From positions 1,792,001-1,856,000 of the forward strand of contig OZ240211.1 in assembly GCA_965197525.1 (NCBI GenBank): a DNA stretch of 64,000 bases. The letters are read 5' to 3'. The translations under genes were made by a program, and so were the position numbers. A model generated the notes under the pieces. The model was not told the DNA's origin, made no database searches, and was given only the letters and a program-made list of their open reading frames with translations. The stretch is from Nitrosopumilus sp. (GTDB lineage: Archaea > Thermoproteota > Nitrososphaeria > Nitrososphaerales > Nitrosopumilaceae). Positions 62,662 through 64,000 of the stretch are shown here, piece by piece (the stretch's first letter is position 1; each line of letters begins with the position of its first letter).

Positions 62662-62947
62662 TTTTACCCTAGTCTCTGTTGCTTTGCTGGGGATAGGAAT
62701 TTACGGTCTAGCAGTAAAACGTAACTTTATTCGAATGCTCTTTGCAGTCGAAATCATTATCAATGCTGCAAACTTGAATTTGGTGGCATTTGCCAGATTC
62801 TTACCTCACAGTGGCGGACAGACTATGGCGTTATTCTCAATTGCAATAGCCGCAGCCGAGGTTGCAGTAGGACTATCTTTAATCATTGTTGCTTATCGTA
62901 TGTATCAAAATGTCGATATTGCAGACTTTAGGAGCTTGAAGGGCTAA
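62642..62947 (+). CDS. nuoK: Complex I subunit K
   Basis: VEIIINAANL, AAAEVAVGL; start at ATG 62642. Confidence 0.95.
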   Translation: MTSELVDFTLVSVALLGIGIYGLAVKRNFIRMLFAVEIIINAANLNLVAFARFLPHSGGQTMALFSIAIAAAEVAVGLSLIIVAYRMYQNVDIADFRSLKG

Positions 62948-64000
62948 TGGAATATGCATTACTACAGGCAGTCTTCTTGCCTCTATTGTTATCCCCTGTG
63001 GCATATATCATTGGACGAAAGATGGGTCCGACACCTGCAATGTGGTTTACATTTGGACTTTTGTTGTATACTACCACTCTTGTCATTCATTCAGCACTTT
63101 CAGGCACTGTTGAGGAGCACTATCCTTGGACTACACAGTTCGGTGAGTTTGGATTCTTACTTGATGGTTTAGCATCACCATTTGCAATAATGATATATGT
63201 TCTATCTACCATCCTGGCATTGTATTCTAAACCATACATGGTACACAAATTCCACGAACAGTTCAAAGAAGAGAATGGTATTGATGTTGCTGCTACTGCT
63301 ACCGGTGATGTTGCAGACAGCAGCAGCAACAATAGTAGCAGCAGTAGCAGCAGCAGGACACAAACATCTCTAGTAGAGTCGTCTGCTCTTACAAATTACG
63401 TCAATGCCAAATCCGGACTGTATTTTGCATTATATCTGGTATTTGCAATGGGAATGCTAGGGACAGTCCTAGCTACAAACCTCATTGAATTTTATATCTT
63501 CTTTGAGGTTATGCTCATCCCTGGTTTCTTTCTAGTTGCACTTTGGGGTGATGGTCCGCGAAGAAAGATCGGTCTAATGTTCTTGTTTTGGACTCATACC
63601 GGCGCAGTTGTTTTGTTGTTGGGATTTTTGATGATCGGTCTGACTATTGGCAGCTTTGATTTTGCAGACATCTCAGAATCTGAGATCCCGCCTGATATTG
63701 TAATGCTATCTGCAGTTGCTATTACCATAGGGTTGGGAGTAAAGCTGGCAGTATTCATGTTCCATATATGGCTACCATACGTTCACGGTTCTGCCCCGAC
63801 ACCAATTAGCGCGCTGTTGTCACCTGCCATGATCGGTATCGGCGCTTATGGTATATTTCGATTAATTATAGAGTTCTTACCCTCAACATTTGCTGAATTA
63901 TCAATATGGTTCCACATTTGGGGTCTTGTAACTATGATTTATGGTGGGGCAATGGCATTGATGCAAGATGACCTAAAACGACTGTTGGCATACTCTAGTA
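62947..64000 (+). CDS. nuoM: Complex I antiporter-like subunit M (3' partial; absent from ORF track)
   Basis: Starts MEYALLQAVFLP; FYIFFEVMLIPG, VKLAVFMFHIWLPYVHGSAP, ALMQDDLKRLLAYS. Confidence 0.9.
   Translation, partial: MEYALLQAVFLPLLLSPVAYIIGRKMGPTPAMWFTFGLLLYTTTLVIHSALSGTVEEHYPWTTQFGEFGFLLDGLASPFAIMIYVLSTILALYSKPYMVHKFHEQFKEENGIDVAATATGDVADSSSNNSSSSSSSRTQTSLVESSALTNYVNAKSGLYFALYLVFAMGMLGTVLATNLIEFYIFFEVMLIPGFFLVALWGDGPRRKIGLMFLFWTHTGAVVLLLGFLMIGLTIGSFDFADISESEIPPDIVMLSAVAITIGLGVKLAVFMFHIWLPYVHGSAPTPISALLSPAMIGIGAYGIFRLIIEFLPSTFAELSIWFHIWGLVTMIYGGAMALMQDDLKRLLAYSS

Overview
The window comes from an ammonia-oxidising archaeon (Nitrososphaerota/Thaumarchaeota, Nitrosopumilaceae-like). Host association is possible but only inferred, from IS debris, pseudogenes and a giant DUF285 adhesin. 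The core backbone is sdhACDB, DUF59, argH, tRNA-Lys/tRNA-Asp, a HemA-like paralogue, FNR, IMPase, RFC-L, the acetyl/propionyl-CoA carboxylase operon, a peroxiredoxin and nuoABCDHIJKM. Four accessory blocks interrupt it. (1) At tRNA-Lys, a decayed integrase element carries an intact-looking three-gene module (4986-6792). (2) An IS630 nested in an IS481 relic is followed by a G-rich 3x38-bp repeat and a ~7.5-kb surface-protein gene with variable DUF285 repeats and six P-domain units. (3) A small HEAT-gene insert lies upstream of the carboxylase operon. (4) A 25.3-kb integrative defence-type island (32255-57583) is bounded by a perfect 23-bp direct repeat that contains the probable nuo TATA box, with a tyrosine integrase at its right end. 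The best candidate for an undescribed system is inside this island: a tightly coupled four-gene operon (38475 to 36176). It encodes an N-terminal-Gly (MGTQPS) protein, a small helical protein, a QatC/Cap9-like QueC enzyme and an ASCH protein, with no Qat ATPase/TatD or CBASS cyclase. All family calls are from motif recognition by eye; no searches were run.
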